Below, piece after piece: positions 27,084 through 36,992 of a stretch of 64,000 nt of DNA; within the stretch, counting starts at the first letter, position 1; each line of letters begins with the position of its first letter. The position numbers and the translations under genes are program-made. The stretch lies in the NCBI GenBank assembly GCA_050253075.1, contig JBFWJS010000003.1:341458-405457 (forward strand), given 5' to 3'. The stretch is from Deferribacterales bacterium. Lineage in GTDB: Bacteria; Chrysiogenota; Deferribacteres; Deferribacterales; Geovibrionaceae. The notes under the pieces are model-generated. The model saw nothing but the letters and a program-made list of their open reading frames with translations. It was not told the origin of the DNA and made no database searches.

Positions 27084-29738
27084 ATGAAGAAAATCTTAAC
27101 GTTTTTACTTGTTGTTTTACTTGTTTCCACTGCATTTGCAGAGGTGAAGGTCCCCGGGTTTGCCTTTACCGGTAAAGAGATATCTGATTTCAGCATCAGA
27201 CCTTCTTTCAGGAATATCTCTGTGTCTTTCAATGTGCGGTCAGATTTCGACACATATCTCCGCCAGCAGAGCTTTCAGCTCAATGCGGGCGAGACGAAAG
27301 ACTATAAGAGCGAAGACCCGGGCGGTGCATACTCAGGCAGTTTCGGAACATCGATATCTTCCGTCTTTGTCGGGGACAAGGCATACCGCAACAACATTGT
27401 AAAAGCGTATCTGGATAAGAGATATCTGGATGTCATCAACTCTTATAATAAATATTATGAGCGTAAGATTAAGGGCACGTCATTTGAGGAAGAGGTAAGG
27501 CTGGTTTATGCTTTTGCCCTTCTTCAGACAGGCTCTATCAGCATATCTATGGACATACTGAAAGATACGGCGATAAACGGCAAAAGCTATAAGACTGTTG
27601 CCTCCGACCGTGTGGTTCAGTATCTCATGGACATCAAAGCCTTTGAGGAGCTCGATATATTCATCGGTTCCCTCGACAGGCTGACACCATACACTCTTTA
27701 CGGATGGCTCTACGGTCTGCTCCAGCTCAACAGATACGACAGACTGGTCAAAGTTTTCGACAAGCATTCCGACATCACAGAGAAAGACAGCCGTTTCTAC
27801 GACTTTTACATCACTGCCAGATACTCTCAGGGCGGGATGGACGACGTAATAAACTCGTCATCCAAAAGCACCGAGAACACAGTCTCCCTCGTGGCTGATG
27901 CATACCTTTTACGAGGCGACGGCAAAGCAGCGGGCGCACTGATATCGGGCATGAAGGAAAGCCCTGTGAAGACAGTGCTGAGGGCTAAATCTGCCGTGCT
28001 GAAGAAAGACCTCGTCCATGCGGGCGAGCTCCTCAGCGAGCTTAGAAACGACGACGATAAGCTGAATCTTTTCTATTACTACGTGGGCAGGACATTTCCG
28101 AAGATGAATCTGGAGTTCCTTTCACAGTTTCGCTTTGAAAACAGGATAAATGCCGATAATCTGAAGTTTTATACAGGCGTGTATTACCTCGCATCCGGCG
28201 ACAGCAAGAGCGCAGTGAGATACCTCGACGCCGTAATATTCAATACAGAGCTGGCAGAGACAGCATACTATTACCGTGGGCTTGCCTATGCCACATTTGA
28301 CATGAAGCGTGCGGAGAGATATTTCCTCAAATATATCGAATCCAGCTCCGATGAAGAGAAGATAACGATAAGCAGATATATGCTAGCGCAGATGGCATAC
28401 ATCGCAGGTAATTATGACGATGCGCTGATGCTCATCACCACATGCAGCACAGACTACTGCAAGCTGTTAAAGTCCAGAATATTCCTTGATAAAGGCGAAT
28501 ACGAGCTCGCATGGAACAATGTGGACGGAGTAAAAGGGGACGATGCCGCCCTTGTACGTGCCACTGTTCTCTTTCATAAAAAATACTATGACAATGCCAT
28601 AGAGCAGATAAAGCTGATGAAGACAAAGAGCAGGGATGCCGACCATCTGCTGATGATCTGCTGGCTGAAAAAAGATAAATTCTATGAGGCGGAAGCCGTC
28701 TTCAGTAAATATAAGAACGACCCTGAATTCGTAAGCACATACCTAGAGCACCTTTTCCTCAGCGGAAAGTACAACGAAGTGCTTAAGCTGACCGAAGGGA
28801 AGCCTGAATACAGCCTGATAAGGGCAAAGTCGCTCTTCTCTCTCGGGCGTTATGTCGACGCTGCGAAGCTGTACGAGGCTATCATATCGGCTGGGCAGCA
28901 CAGCTTTGACGCTTGGAACGGTCTCCTCAGCGTTTATGTTGCCATGAAGGACGATAATAAATTTGCCGACACCGCAAGGCGTATGACAGAGGTTAAGGCG
29001 AACTTTGATAAAAAAGATTTCCTTGTATATCAGACAGCAGTGCAGGCTCTGGATGTTAAAAAAACAAAGCTCGCAACAGTGCTTTTGAATTACTTTTTCG
29101 ATACATTCATGACATCGGCTTATAAGAACGATGCCTATCTTTTGCGCGGTAAGCTCTTCCGTGATACAGGGCGCATACAGCAGTGTCTGAACGATGCGGA
29201 GATCATGCTCGCAGAGGGAAAAAGCGACGACGCACTCTTCCTGAAAGGCGAGTGCCTGCAGTCTACAAAACCAAAGGAAGCCCTGAAGATATTCGAAGGG
29301 ATGACAGAGACATCGGGACGTTTCCGTGACCTAGGCTACAGCAAGCTGATAGAGCTGTATACCGCCCCTAAGGACATACTGAAAGCCGTTAACTATTTCA
29401 AAGGCAAAGACACCGAGAGATACTATGAAGGTATGGATAAATACCTCGCCAGCCTGAGCAAAAAGACTCTGGCGGAGAACAGAACACTGCTCGATCAGAT
29501 GATAGCCGACAGACACCCTGCGGGGCTCGCTGCGGCATATTTCTACATCGGCGTAATACAGTTTAACGAAGAAAAATTTGAGGATGCTGCCATCACGTTC
29601 ATGAAGAGCCACTATCTCTTCCCTACGTCGAAATACAGCGATAAATCCTTAAAGATGACAATAGAATGCTACAAGAAGCTGGGACGTACGGACGACATCC
29701 CTATACTTGAAAAGAAACTCAAAGCAATGAAGAGATAA
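27084..29738 (+). CDS. Exported TPR-repeat protein
   Basis: Signal peptide; many TPR-like helical repeats (AYYYRGLAY, AYFYIGVIQF); C-terminal CpoB/YbgF-like TPR. Confidence 0.75.
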   Translation: MKKILTFLLVVLLVSTAFAEVKVPGFAFTGKEISDFSIRPSFRNISVSFNVRSDFDTYLRQQSFQLNAGETKDYKSEDPGGAYSGSFGTSISSVFVGDKAYRNNIVKAYLDKRYLDVINSYNKYYERKIKGTSFEEEVRLVYAFALLQTGSISISMDILKDTAINGKSYKTVASDRVVQYLMDIKAFEELDIFIGSLDRLTPYTLYGWLYGLLQLNRYDRLVKVFDKHSDITEKDSRFYDFYITARYSQGGMDDVINSSSKSTENTVSLVADAYLLRGDGKAAGALISGMKESPVKTVLRAKSAVLKKDLVHAGELLSELRNDDDKLNLFYYYVGRTFPKMNLEFLSQFRFENRINADNLKFYTGVYYLASGDSKSAVRYLDAVIFNTELAETAYYYRGLAYATFDMKRAERYFLKYIESSSDEEKITISRYMLAQMAYIAGNYDDALMLITTCSTDYCKLLKSRIFLDKGEYELAWNNVDGVKGDDAALVRATVLFHKKYYDNAIEQIKLMKTKSRDADHLLMICWLKKDKFYEAEAVFSKYKNDPEFVSTYLEHLFLSGKYNEVLKLTEGKPEYSLIRAKSLFSLGRYVDAAKLYEAIISAGQHSFDAWNGLLSVYVAMKDDNKFADTARRMTEVKANFDKKDFLVYQTAVQALDVKKTKLATVLLNYFFDTFMTSAYKNDAYLLRGKLFRDTGRIQQCLNDAEIMLAEGKSDDALFLKGECLQSTKPKEALKIFEGMTETSGRFRDLGYSKLIELYTAPKDILKAVNYFKGKDTERYYEGMDKYLASLSKKTLAENRTLLDQMIADRHPAGLAAAYFYIGVIQFNEEKFEDAAITFMKSHYLFPTSKYSDKSLKMTIECYKKLGRTDDIPILEKKLKAMKR

Positions 29739-29754
29739 GAATAGGAGGATCTTT

Positions 29755-30372
29755 ATGCTTGAATTCAATATGGAGCTGATAGAAAAAGGCGGGGTGCTTA
29801 TGTATCCTATCATCATTCTGTCTGTGCTCTCACTTGCTATATTCCTCGAGAGGCTGGTGACGCTGCGCACCCAGAGATATGCCCCTCATGACTTCGCCGA
29901 AAAGGTGAAAAATGCCCTTAAGGCAAAAGACACCACAGAGGCTATATCCCTTTGTGAACTGAACGAATCCGCACTTGCGAAAGTATGCGGAGACATACTG
30001 AAAAACCTCGACCTGCCGCTTCAGAGACTGATGGAGACAGCAGAGGAATCAGGCAGATATCAGGCTAACAAGCTCACACGTTTTCTTCCGTCGCTTCAGG
30101 CGATAGCGAGCATTGCGCCCCTTATGGGTCTGCTCGGTACCGTTATCGGTATGATCAAGACATTCGTTGTCATCGGACAGCAGGGTGTCGGTAATGCACA
30201 GGCTCTCGCTGGCGGTATATCCGAAGCACTCATCACGACTGCTGCGGGTCTTTCCGTTGCGATACCTACCGTCGTGTTTTACTACATCATACGCTTCCGC
30301 TCCCAGAGAGTGACAATAGAGCTGGAAAAGGCTGCTACAGATATCATCAACCAGATATTCAAAGAGGCTTAA
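29755..30372 (+). CDS. exbB: MotA/TolQ/ExbB proton channel protein
   Basis: APLMGLLGTVIGM and GISEALITTAAGL motifs. Confidence 0.9.
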   Translation: MLEFNMELIEKGGVLMYPIIILSVLSLAIFLERLVTLRTQRYAPHDFAEKVKNALKAKDTTEAISLCELNESALAKVCGDILKNLDLPLQRLMETAEESGRYQANKLTRFLPSLQAIASIAPLMGLLGTVIGMIKTFVVIGQQGVGNAQALAGGISEALITTAAGLSVAIPTVVFYYIIRFRSQRVTIELEKAATDIINQIFKEA

Positions 30373-30774
30373 ATGAGATTTTCTGCCAAGGAAGACAAAG
30401 AGAACATAGAGGTAAACCTTACGCCTCTTATCGACGTGGTTTTCCTCCTTTTGATCTTTTTCATGGTGTCCACCACATTCATCTATTCAAACTCGATAGA
30501 TGTTAACCTGCCCGCTGCAAAGGGTGACGAGACAAGCGTGAGTGAAAACATACGTGTCATCCTCACACAGAGCGGAGCGATAAACATCGACGGAACACAG
30601 TTTGCAGAGAATCAGGTGGAAGCTCAGCTCGCTGAGATGAAAAAGAACAAACCTGAAAGCACCGTCATAATAGAAGCTGATAAAAACGTGACCCACGGCA
30701 GGGTCGTTTTTGTCATGGATGCCAGCCGAAAGGCAGGCTTTGAAAAGTTTGCAATAGCTGTCGAAGAGGAATAG
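30373..30774 (+). CDS. exbD: ExbD/TolR protein
   Basis: NLTPLIDVVFLLLIFFMV and ADK.V.HG.VV.VMD motifs. Confidence 0.92.
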   Translation: MRFSAKEDKENIEVNLTPLIDVVFLLLIFFMVSTTFIYSNSIDVNLPAAKGDETSVSENIRVILTQSGAINIDGTQFAENQVEAQLAEMKKNKPESTVIIEADKNVTHGRVVFVMDASRKAGFEKFAIAVEEE

Positions 30775-31491
30775 ATGCTGCTTAGATTTTTGCCTGCACT
30801 GATCATATCTCTCGCCGCGCATTTTCTGCTTCTGGGGAGCATCCCCGGATTTGACCTTATCCTTAAGCCCAGAAAGCGCACGGTAGAGGTGGAGATAGTA
30901 AAGTCCTCCATAAGGGAGCTTCCTCCTGCTCCTGTTACAAAGACGGGCTCCAGCGCAGTCAGCAAAAATGCAGATACAAACATTGCGACAGCTCCGGCAT
31001 TGACCATGCCTGAGATAGATATCCCCGACTTCAGCTCTACATCAGAGCTGGACGTCAAAGTGCCCGAACTGAACGTCAGCAGGCTCGAAAACACCAGCAG
31101 GCTGAAGCCCGATGAAGAGCTCCTGAAAGAGCTTAAATCGTCCTCGGACGAATTTCAGAAGGCGAACAGAGCGGGGGAAGGTATCGAATCAGACGTTACG
31201 GGGAATGACACAAATGCGAAAGACTTCTTCGTCATCAAAAATCTGAACCGCAACAGACGCCTTGCAAACAGTCCGGAGAAGCCGACATTCTCCCTCACCA
31301 CGGACACATCTGTCAGGCTCGGCTTTAAGGTCGACCGTGAGGGGAACACGTACTCTATCATCCTGTTGAACAGCACGGACTCAAAGATAGAGCGTCTTGC
31401 CATTGACTTTGTGAAGAAATTGAAGTTTAATGCCGTTCTGTCGGACGAACCGGAGTCTGCAGAGATAATATTAAATTTCAGAGTTAGATAG
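30775..31491 (+). CDS. TonB-like energy transducer
   Basis: N-terminal TM with S..AH; Pro-containing linker; C-terminal TonB_C-like F.VDREG segment. Confidence 0.6.
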   Translation: MLLRFLPALIISLAAHFLLLGSIPGFDLILKPRKRTVEVEIVKSSIRELPPAPVTKTGSSAVSKNADTNIATAPALTMPEIDIPDFSSTSELDVKVPELNVSRLENTSRLKPDEELLKELKSSSDEFQKANRAGEGIESDVTGNDTNAKDFFVIKNLNRNRRLANSPEKPTFSLTTDTSVRLGFKVDREGNTYSIILLNSTDSKIERLAIDFVKKLKFNAVLSDEPESAEIILNFRVR

Positions 31492-32657
31492 TGGATAAAA
31501 ACTTAGATAATACATTAGAAAAATACGTCGAACAGCTTATAGAAGAAAGAGGGCAGATCACATTTGCCGAATTCATGGATTTAGCCCTTTATAAAGAGGG
31601 GCTCGGGTATTATCAAAAGCAGAATCCATTCGGACAGCAGGGGAGCTTTTATACATCCGTAAATGCATCCGAATCCTTCGGGCGAACCCTTGCGCGTTCT
31701 TTCATATATATAACAGAGCTTTTGGGGCTGGAGCATCATTTCTGTGAAATGGGCGCAGGCTCAGGTATGCTCGCAAACGATATACTGAACTATGTGAAAG
31801 AGAAAGACCCCGCATTTTACGACACACTCCAATACCATATAATAGAAAAGAGCGGATACCTCATAAACCGTCAGAAAGAGCTGATAGAAAAGGAACACCC
31901 GAATAAGGTGACATGGATACCTTTTGAAGAGCTGAACGATTTCCGAGGCGTATTCTACTCAAATGAGCTGGTGGACGCTTTCCCTGTGCACCGTGTTATC
32001 CGTATGAACGACGAGCTGAAAGAGCTCTATGTTAAAAAGATAGACGGAGCACTCCGATTTAACCCGGGCGAGCTCTCCACACCGGAGCTGAAAGAGTTCC
32101 TCGATAATATCAACCTGAGAGTGACAGAGACCCAGATAGTAGACATAAACCTCGACATGAGAAGGTTTATCGAGGCTATGGCGGATAAGATAACTAAGGG
32201 CGTGATGGTGACCATCGACTACGGTTTCGAAGCGCCGATGCTCTATCAGTCTTACCGCAGAGACGGAACTGTCACATGCTATTATAACCACACACAGAAC
32301 AACGACTTCTTCGACCGCATAGGCTATCAGGACCTTACAGCCTTTGTGGATTTCACATCTTTATCACTTTACGGCTCGCAGAAGGGGCTTATGCCTATGG
32401 CTTTCATGCCTCAGTGGCTCTACCTTGTGCAGTCGGGCATTCTGGACGAGATAAACGAAGCGGACAACGACCTTACCAAAGCATCCATAAAGGCACTCAT
32501 CATGCCTGACGGCGGTTTCGGTACTAATTTCCAAGCCTTTATTCAGGGGAAAGGGGTCGATATGCCTGCGGAGTTTAAATACGGCAAACCGGCAAAAGAT
32601 ACCCTCGAACAGATGGCAAAGATGTTTGAAAAGCTGGAATCAGACCAGCCGTCTTAA
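31491..32657 (+). CDS. SAM-dependent methyltransferase (MidA/NDUFAF7 family)
   Basis: FAEFMDLALY...GYY, EMGAGSG, SNELVDAFP, IDYG and QDLTAFVDF motifs. Confidence 0.9.
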   Translation: MDKNLDNTLEKYVEQLIEERGQITFAEFMDLALYKEGLGYYQKQNPFGQQGSFYTSVNASESFGRTLARSFIYITELLGLEHHFCEMGAGSGMLANDILNYVKEKDPAFYDTLQYHIIEKSGYLINRQKELIEKEHPNKVTWIPFEELNDFRGVFYSNELVDAFPVHRVIRMNDELKELYVKKIDGALRFNPGELSTPELKEFLDNINLRVTETQIVDINLDMRRFIEAMADKITKGVMVTIDYGFEAPMLYQSYRRDGTVTCYYNHTQNNDFFDRIGYQDLTAFVDFTSLSLYGSQKGLMPMAFMPQWLYLVQSGILDEINEADNDLTKASIKALIMPDGGFGTNFQAFIQGKGVDMPAEFKYGKPAKDTLEQMAKMFEKLESDQPS

Positions 32658-32793
32658 GCACATATAATCAACACATTCATACTTTCCTGTCTGAAAAATC
32701 TCATGATATCAGGCGAATAGCAAGAGCCGTCATAAGCGTGGAGGGTTGTGCTGCGTTCACAGTTCACAACTTTGATGCATGGCGCTGACCATC

Positions 32794-32809
32794 TGGCACG
32801 GGTAATGCT
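32794..32809 (+). promoter_or_regulatory. Sigma54 promoter
   Basis: TGGCACGGGTAATGCT (GG-N10-GC), about 35 bp upstream of the ATG at 32843. Confidence 0.7.
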
Positions 32810-32842
32810 TATATACCTGAAAAGGAATATCAGGAGGAAAAA

Positions 32843-33211
32843 ATGTACATATCTACCTCGTATGATGCATCGGTATATACAGAGCTTGCGAATACCACCG
32901 CATCATCCACATCTCAGAAGTCTCTTCTGGACTATATGAAAGATGACGATGAGAAATCCAACGGTATATCAGACACAGTGACACTCTCTTCCGAGGCTTA
33001 TGCAGCTATTTCAGAGAATAACCCCGAGCTGCTTTCTATACTCGGATATGAAGAAGAGGAAGATTCATCACTGCTCTCTAAATCGTCCGGCTCTTCGCTG
33101 GATAAGGTCGAGCTCTCCGCAGAGGCCTATGCCGTGCTGAAAGCTGAAAATCCTGAGGTTCTCGAGGCACTTGGCTATGATATTTCAGAAGACGGAGCCG
33201 AAGAGGCCTGA
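32843..33211 (+). CDS. Acidic hypothetical protein with internal duplication
   Basis: RBS AGGAGG; repeats DTVTLSSEAYAAISENNPELLSILGY and DKVELSAEAYAVLKAENPEVLEALGY. Confidence 0.75.
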   Translation: MYISTSYDASVYTELANTTASSTSQKSLLDYMKDDDEKSNGISDTVTLSSEAYAAISENNPELLSILGYEEEEDSSLLSKSSGSSLDKVELSAEAYAVLKAENPEVLEALGYDISEDGAEEA

Positions 33212-33236
33212 TAGTGAAAAATTTTCCGCAAAAGAT

Positions 33237-33252
33237 TGGCACGTACTATGCT
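33237..33252 (+). promoter_or_regulatory. Sigma54 promoter
   Basis: TGGCACGTACTATGCT (GG-N10-GC) upstream of the ATG at 33287. Confidence 0.7.
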
Positions 33253-33286
33253 TTTAAACCCGTGAAACCTGAAAAGGGGGAACGAA

Positions 33287-33754
33287 ATGATAATTAACGG
33301 TAATTATTACCAGCAGACAACAATCAGCACAGGAAACGAATCAGCGAACGAGATTGATTCTCCGCTTGTGTCACATATGAAAGAGAACATTCAGGCAGCA
33401 AAGAACGGCTCCGACAGTGTATCTCTTTCCGAAGAGGCTTACGCTGCTCTTAAAGAGTATGCGCCTGAGGCACTCTCCGCACTCGGTATCGATAGAGAAA
33501 ACCCTGTGATGGAGGAAGTGAAGCAGATAGCAAAGGAGAAATACTTCCATTTCGGATCAGAGTACATAACAGTACCTGAAACAAAGGAAGAGATGCTCTC
33601 TGCCCTCGATGTGGCTAACAGATACATGGATGCGCTGAACTCCATAACACCCGACGACATCTCCGAAGCGATAGCAAACGCTAACTACGAAGGTGCGGGA
33701 AGCTCGCTGGGTACTGTTGATATCTATAGTGCCAGAACATATTTAGAAGCTTAA
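33287..33754 (+). CDS. Acidic hypothetical protein sharing a motif with the upstream gene
   Basis: DSVSLSEEAYAALKEYAPEALSALGI matches the repeat in 32843-33211. Confidence 0.75.
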   Translation: MIINGNYYQQTTISTGNESANEIDSPLVSHMKENIQAAKNGSDSVSLSEEAYAALKEYAPEALSALGIDRENPVMEEVKQIAKEKYFHFGSEYITVPETKEEMLSALDVANRYMDALNSITPDDISEAIANANYEGAGSSLGTVDIYSARTYLEA

Positions 33755-33761
33755 ATTGTCA

Positions 33762-34361
33762 TTAGCTGTTTATAGATAGTTCCATTTCTTTGCTGAACAC
33801 GTACCTGACTGAGTGAGCGGTCAGGTCGTTCAGCATGGATATGTTGAACCTGTCGAACTTTGTCGCCATGAAGTGATTGTTCATGGCAAACCCTTCGAAC
33901 TGTATCCCCTCATTCTCAAGAAAATGCTTGTTCAGCATGGCGTGGTTTATGCACCCCAGCCTGTTCGGAACGACAACTATGCACGACAGCCCGCATTCTC
34001 TGGCGAGGTCATAGTTCATATAGTCGCTGTCCAGAGGAACCATCAGCCCGCCCGCACTCTCCACCACCAGATAGTCATAGCCTGATATAGCGTTGATTGC
34101 CTCCACAGTCTCTTCGAAAGGAAATTCCTCGAAAGCTATATACGGCGCAACAGGCGGTTCTGCCGTGTGGAGCACCTTATAGTCTGTGATGCCCGACATC
34201 TCTGCCACGGTCTTTGCATCGTCGTCGGCGGGGTAGCCTGTCTGTACGGGTTTGACATAGCACACCGTGTTGCCCTTCTCACGCAGTTCCTTACATAGGA
34301 GTCCGCTGAAATATGTCTTGCCTATCTCTGTGTCAGTGCCTGTTATGTATATCTTTTTCAT
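33762..34361 (-). CDS. bioD: Dethiobiotin synthase
   Basis: ITGTDTEIGKT, KPVQTG, ESAGG and LGCINH motifs. Confidence 0.95.
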   Translation of the reverse strand: MKKIYITGTDTEIGKTYFSGLLCKELREKGNTVCYVKPVQTGYPADDDAKTVAEMSGITDYKVLHTAEPPVAPYIAFEEFPFEETVEAINAISGYDYLVVESAGGLMVPLDSDYMNYDLARECGLSCIVVVPNRLGCINHAMLNKHFLENEGIQFEGFAMNNHFMATKFDRFNISMLNDLTAHSVRYVFSKEMELSINS

Positions 34362-35686
34362 TATAAAACCTCGTAAACGGATTCGTGGGCTATATCGACG
34401 AGCTTTATCATCTCGTCCTCTGTGATGATGTACGGCGTCATAAAGTATATTACATCGCCGAGGTTGCGCAGGTATGCGCCTTTTGTTATGGATTTACGGA
34501 ATATCTGAAACCCGGTGCGGTCTTTCCAGTCGAAGCTCTCTTTGGCCTTTACGTCTTTGACAAGCTGTACGGCGGATACGCATCCGAGGTGGCGCACCTC
34601 GCCCACATGGGGCTGTCCGACGAATTTTTTATCTATGTATTCCTGCATAACGGGGAATTTCTTTCTGTTTTCCTCTATGGTGTTCAGCTCTTTAAACATC
34701 TTCATGGTTTCATTCGCTACGGCGCACGCCAGCGGATTCCCCGTGAAGCTGTGGCTGTGGAGGAATGCTTTCAGCTTTGTATAGTCGTCGTAAAATGCGG
34801 AGTATATCTCATCCGTGGTGAGCACTGCTGACATAGGCAGATAGCCAGATGTCAGCCCCTTAGACACACATACGAAGTCCGGACGGACATCCGCCTGCTC
34901 GAGGGCAAACATAGTGCCCGTGCGGCCGAAGCCTGAGGCTATCTCGTCAAAGATGGTGTGGATGTCGTGGGCTTTCGCCGCTTCGCACAGCTTTTTCAGG
35001 TATATCGGCGGATACATCTTCATCCCGCCTGCGCATTGTATCAGGGGTTCTATGATGACTGCCGTTGCCTCGTGGGCGTGTTTTTCCATAGCACGCTCCA
35101 TATGCTCGAAGCACTCGGCGGAGCATTCATTTCTGTTTTTGCCGTATGGGCATCGGTAGCAGTCTGGGCCCTGCACACGGATGTTTTCTATCATTATCCC
35201 GCCGTAGAGCTCTGTATACAGCTCCTCTCCGCAGACGGAGAGTGCGCCGAGGGTCTCGCCGTGGTATCCCGCATCGAGATATATGTATCTGTTCTTTGAT
35301 TTGATGCCGTTGTTGTATCTGTATCCGTAGGACAGCTTCATGGCGGATTCCACTGCTGCGGAGCCTATATCGGCATAGAATACCTTTGTCAGATTTTCTG
35401 GGGTAACACTGAGGAGCTGTTCCGTCAGCTCGAGGGCGGGTGTGTGTGTTATTCCTGCGAATATGACGTGCTCCAGCTTGTCTAGCTGGTCTTTTATCGC
35501 ATTCTTCAGCCTCGGGTTGTTATGTCCGAAGATGTTCACCCACCAGCTTGATACTGCGTCTATGTATTCTGTGCCTTTGTCGTCGTAGAGGTATATCCCC
35601 TCGCCGCGCTCTATTTTTATTATCGGGTATGTTTCATGGTCTTTCATCTGTGTGCACGGGTGCCAGATGTTTGTCACAGGTTTCAT
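34361..35686 (-). CDS. bioA: Adenosylmethionine-8-amino-7-oxononanoate aminotransferase
   Basis: WHPCTQM, SSWWVN, DEIASGFGRTG, SKGLTSGYLP and HSHSFTGNPLAC motifs. Confidence 0.96.
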   Translation of the reverse strand: MKPVTNIWHPCTQMKDHETYPIIKIERGEGIYLYDDKGTEYIDAVSSWWVNIFGHNNPRLKNAIKDQLDKLEHVIFAGITHTPALELTEQLLSVTPENLTKVFYADIGSAAVESAMKLSYGYRYNNGIKSKNRYIYLDAGYHGETLGALSVCGEELYTELYGGIMIENIRVQGPDCYRCPYGKNRNECSAECFEHMERAMEKHAHEATAVIIEPLIQCAGGMKMYPPIYLKKLCEAAKAHDIHTIFDEIASGFGRTGTMFALEQADVRPDFVCVSKGLTSGYLPMSAVLTTDEIYSAFYDDYTKLKAFLHSHSFTGNPLACAVANETMKMFKELNTIEENRKKFPVMQEYIDKKFVGQPHVGEVRHLGCVSAVQLVKDVKAKESFDWKDRTGFQIFRKSITKGAYLRNLGDVIYFMTPYIITEDEMIKLVDIAHESVYEVL

Positions 35687-35702
35687 TTATGCCCTCTCAT
35701 AC

Positions 35703-35765
35703 GTCATTCTGAGGCTTCAGCCGAAGAATCTGCGAACACAGATACTTCACTTTGTTCAGTATGAC
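35703..35765. repeat. Dispersed palindromic element
   Basis: GTCATTCTGAG..CGAAGAATCT / AGATACTTCAC..TTCAGTATGAC. Confidence 0.65.
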
Positions 35766-35834
35766 CTATCAAATTTCTTTGATTAGTTTATAGGTGATTA
35801 TTGACAGTTACAACCCCTCTGATATTATTTTTCT

Positions 35835-36992
35835 ATGAAAGATAAAATAGCAAAAGAACTGGAAAAGATAAAAGCGGAAAACCTTTACCGTGAAATGCCC
35901 GAAATGATAGAGGGCGCAGGTAAGTATATCAACATAGACGGGACGAAATATCTGAACCTGTCTTCGAACAACTATCTGGGGCTGTCCACTGTGGAGGGCG
36001 TGTGCAACGAGGCAGAAAACGCACTGAAAGCATACGGAACCACAAGCGGGGCATCAAGGATTGTCACCGGTAACTATAAGCTGTATGACGATCTCGAGCG
36101 CAAGACAGCCAGCTTTAAGAACCGTGAGAAAGCCCTCATCTTCAACAGCGGATACGCAGCGAACATAGCTGTCTATACATCCATATGCGGACGTGACACG
36201 CACGTCTTCTCCGATAAGCTGAACCATGCCAGCATCATAGACGGCATACAGCTCTCGGGCGCAAAGCATATAAGGTATAAGCACTGCGACATGGCAGACC
36301 TCGAATCACTGCTGGAAAAGCATAAAGACGTGAAAGAGAAGGTTATAGCCACCGACACCATTTTCAGCATGGACGGTGACGTATGCCCTCTGTATAAGAT
36401 AGTCTCCCTCGCCGAGAAATACGGTGCAATGACCATAATAGACGAAGCCCACGCCACAGGCGTCTTCGGACGGGGCAGGGGATACGCACACGAGATAGGC
36501 CTGGCGGATAAGGTCGATATCCATATGGGTACATTCAGCAAGGCTCTCGGCTCTTTTGGCGGATATGTCGCAGCGGACGAGCTCATCATAGACTTCCTGC
36601 GGAATAAGGCCAGGTCATTCATATACTCCACATCTCTCCCACCTGCGGTGGTAGGCGCATCCGTCGGTGCTCTGAAACATCTGGCGAAATATCCCGAAAT
36701 AGGCGGACGACTGCTCGATGCGGCGGAGGATCTGAGGTTTTTCCTTATGGATCTCGGCTTTGACACGGGTAGAAGCATGACGCAGATCATCCCCGTGATA
36801 CTCGGAGACAATAAACGTGCGCTGATAGCAAAGGAATACCTGATGGAGAAGGGGATGTATGTCGCCGCCATCAGACCGCCCACAGTGCCCGTAAACTCAG
36901 CGAGGCTTAGGCTGTCGCTCAGGCTGGATGTTCTGGATGAGATAGACAGGATAAAGCAGGCGTTCAGAGACATGAAAGGGGCGGGGATATGA
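35835..36992 (+). CDS. bioF: 8-amino-7-oxononanoate synthase
   Basis: SSNNYLGL, NHASIIDG, FSMDGD, DEAHATG, TFSKALG and AIRPPTVP motifs. Confidence 0.95.
   Translation: MKDKIAKELEKIKAENLYREMPEMIEGAGKYINIDGTKYLNLSSNNYLGLSTVEGVCNEAENALKAYGTTSGASRIVTGNYKLYDDLERKTASFKNREKALIFNSGYAANIAVYTSICGRDTHVFSDKLNHASIIDGIQLSGAKHIRYKHCDMADLESLLEKHKDVKEKVIATDTIFSMDGDVCPLYKIVSLAEKYGAMTIIDEAHATGVFGRGRGYAHEIGLADKVDIHMGTFSKALGSFGGYVAADELIIDFLRNKARSFIYSTSLPPAVVGASVGALKHLAKYPEIGGRLLDAAEDLRFFLMDLGFDTGRSMTQIIPVILGDNKRALIAKEYLMEKGMYVAAIRPPTVPVNSARLRLSLRLDVLDEIDRIKQAFRDMKGAGI

Noticed and set aside
35765..35815. BirA operator between bioA and bioF
   Set aside because: Only a weak imperfect palindrome; no convincing TGTAAAC/TGTCAAC-type match.
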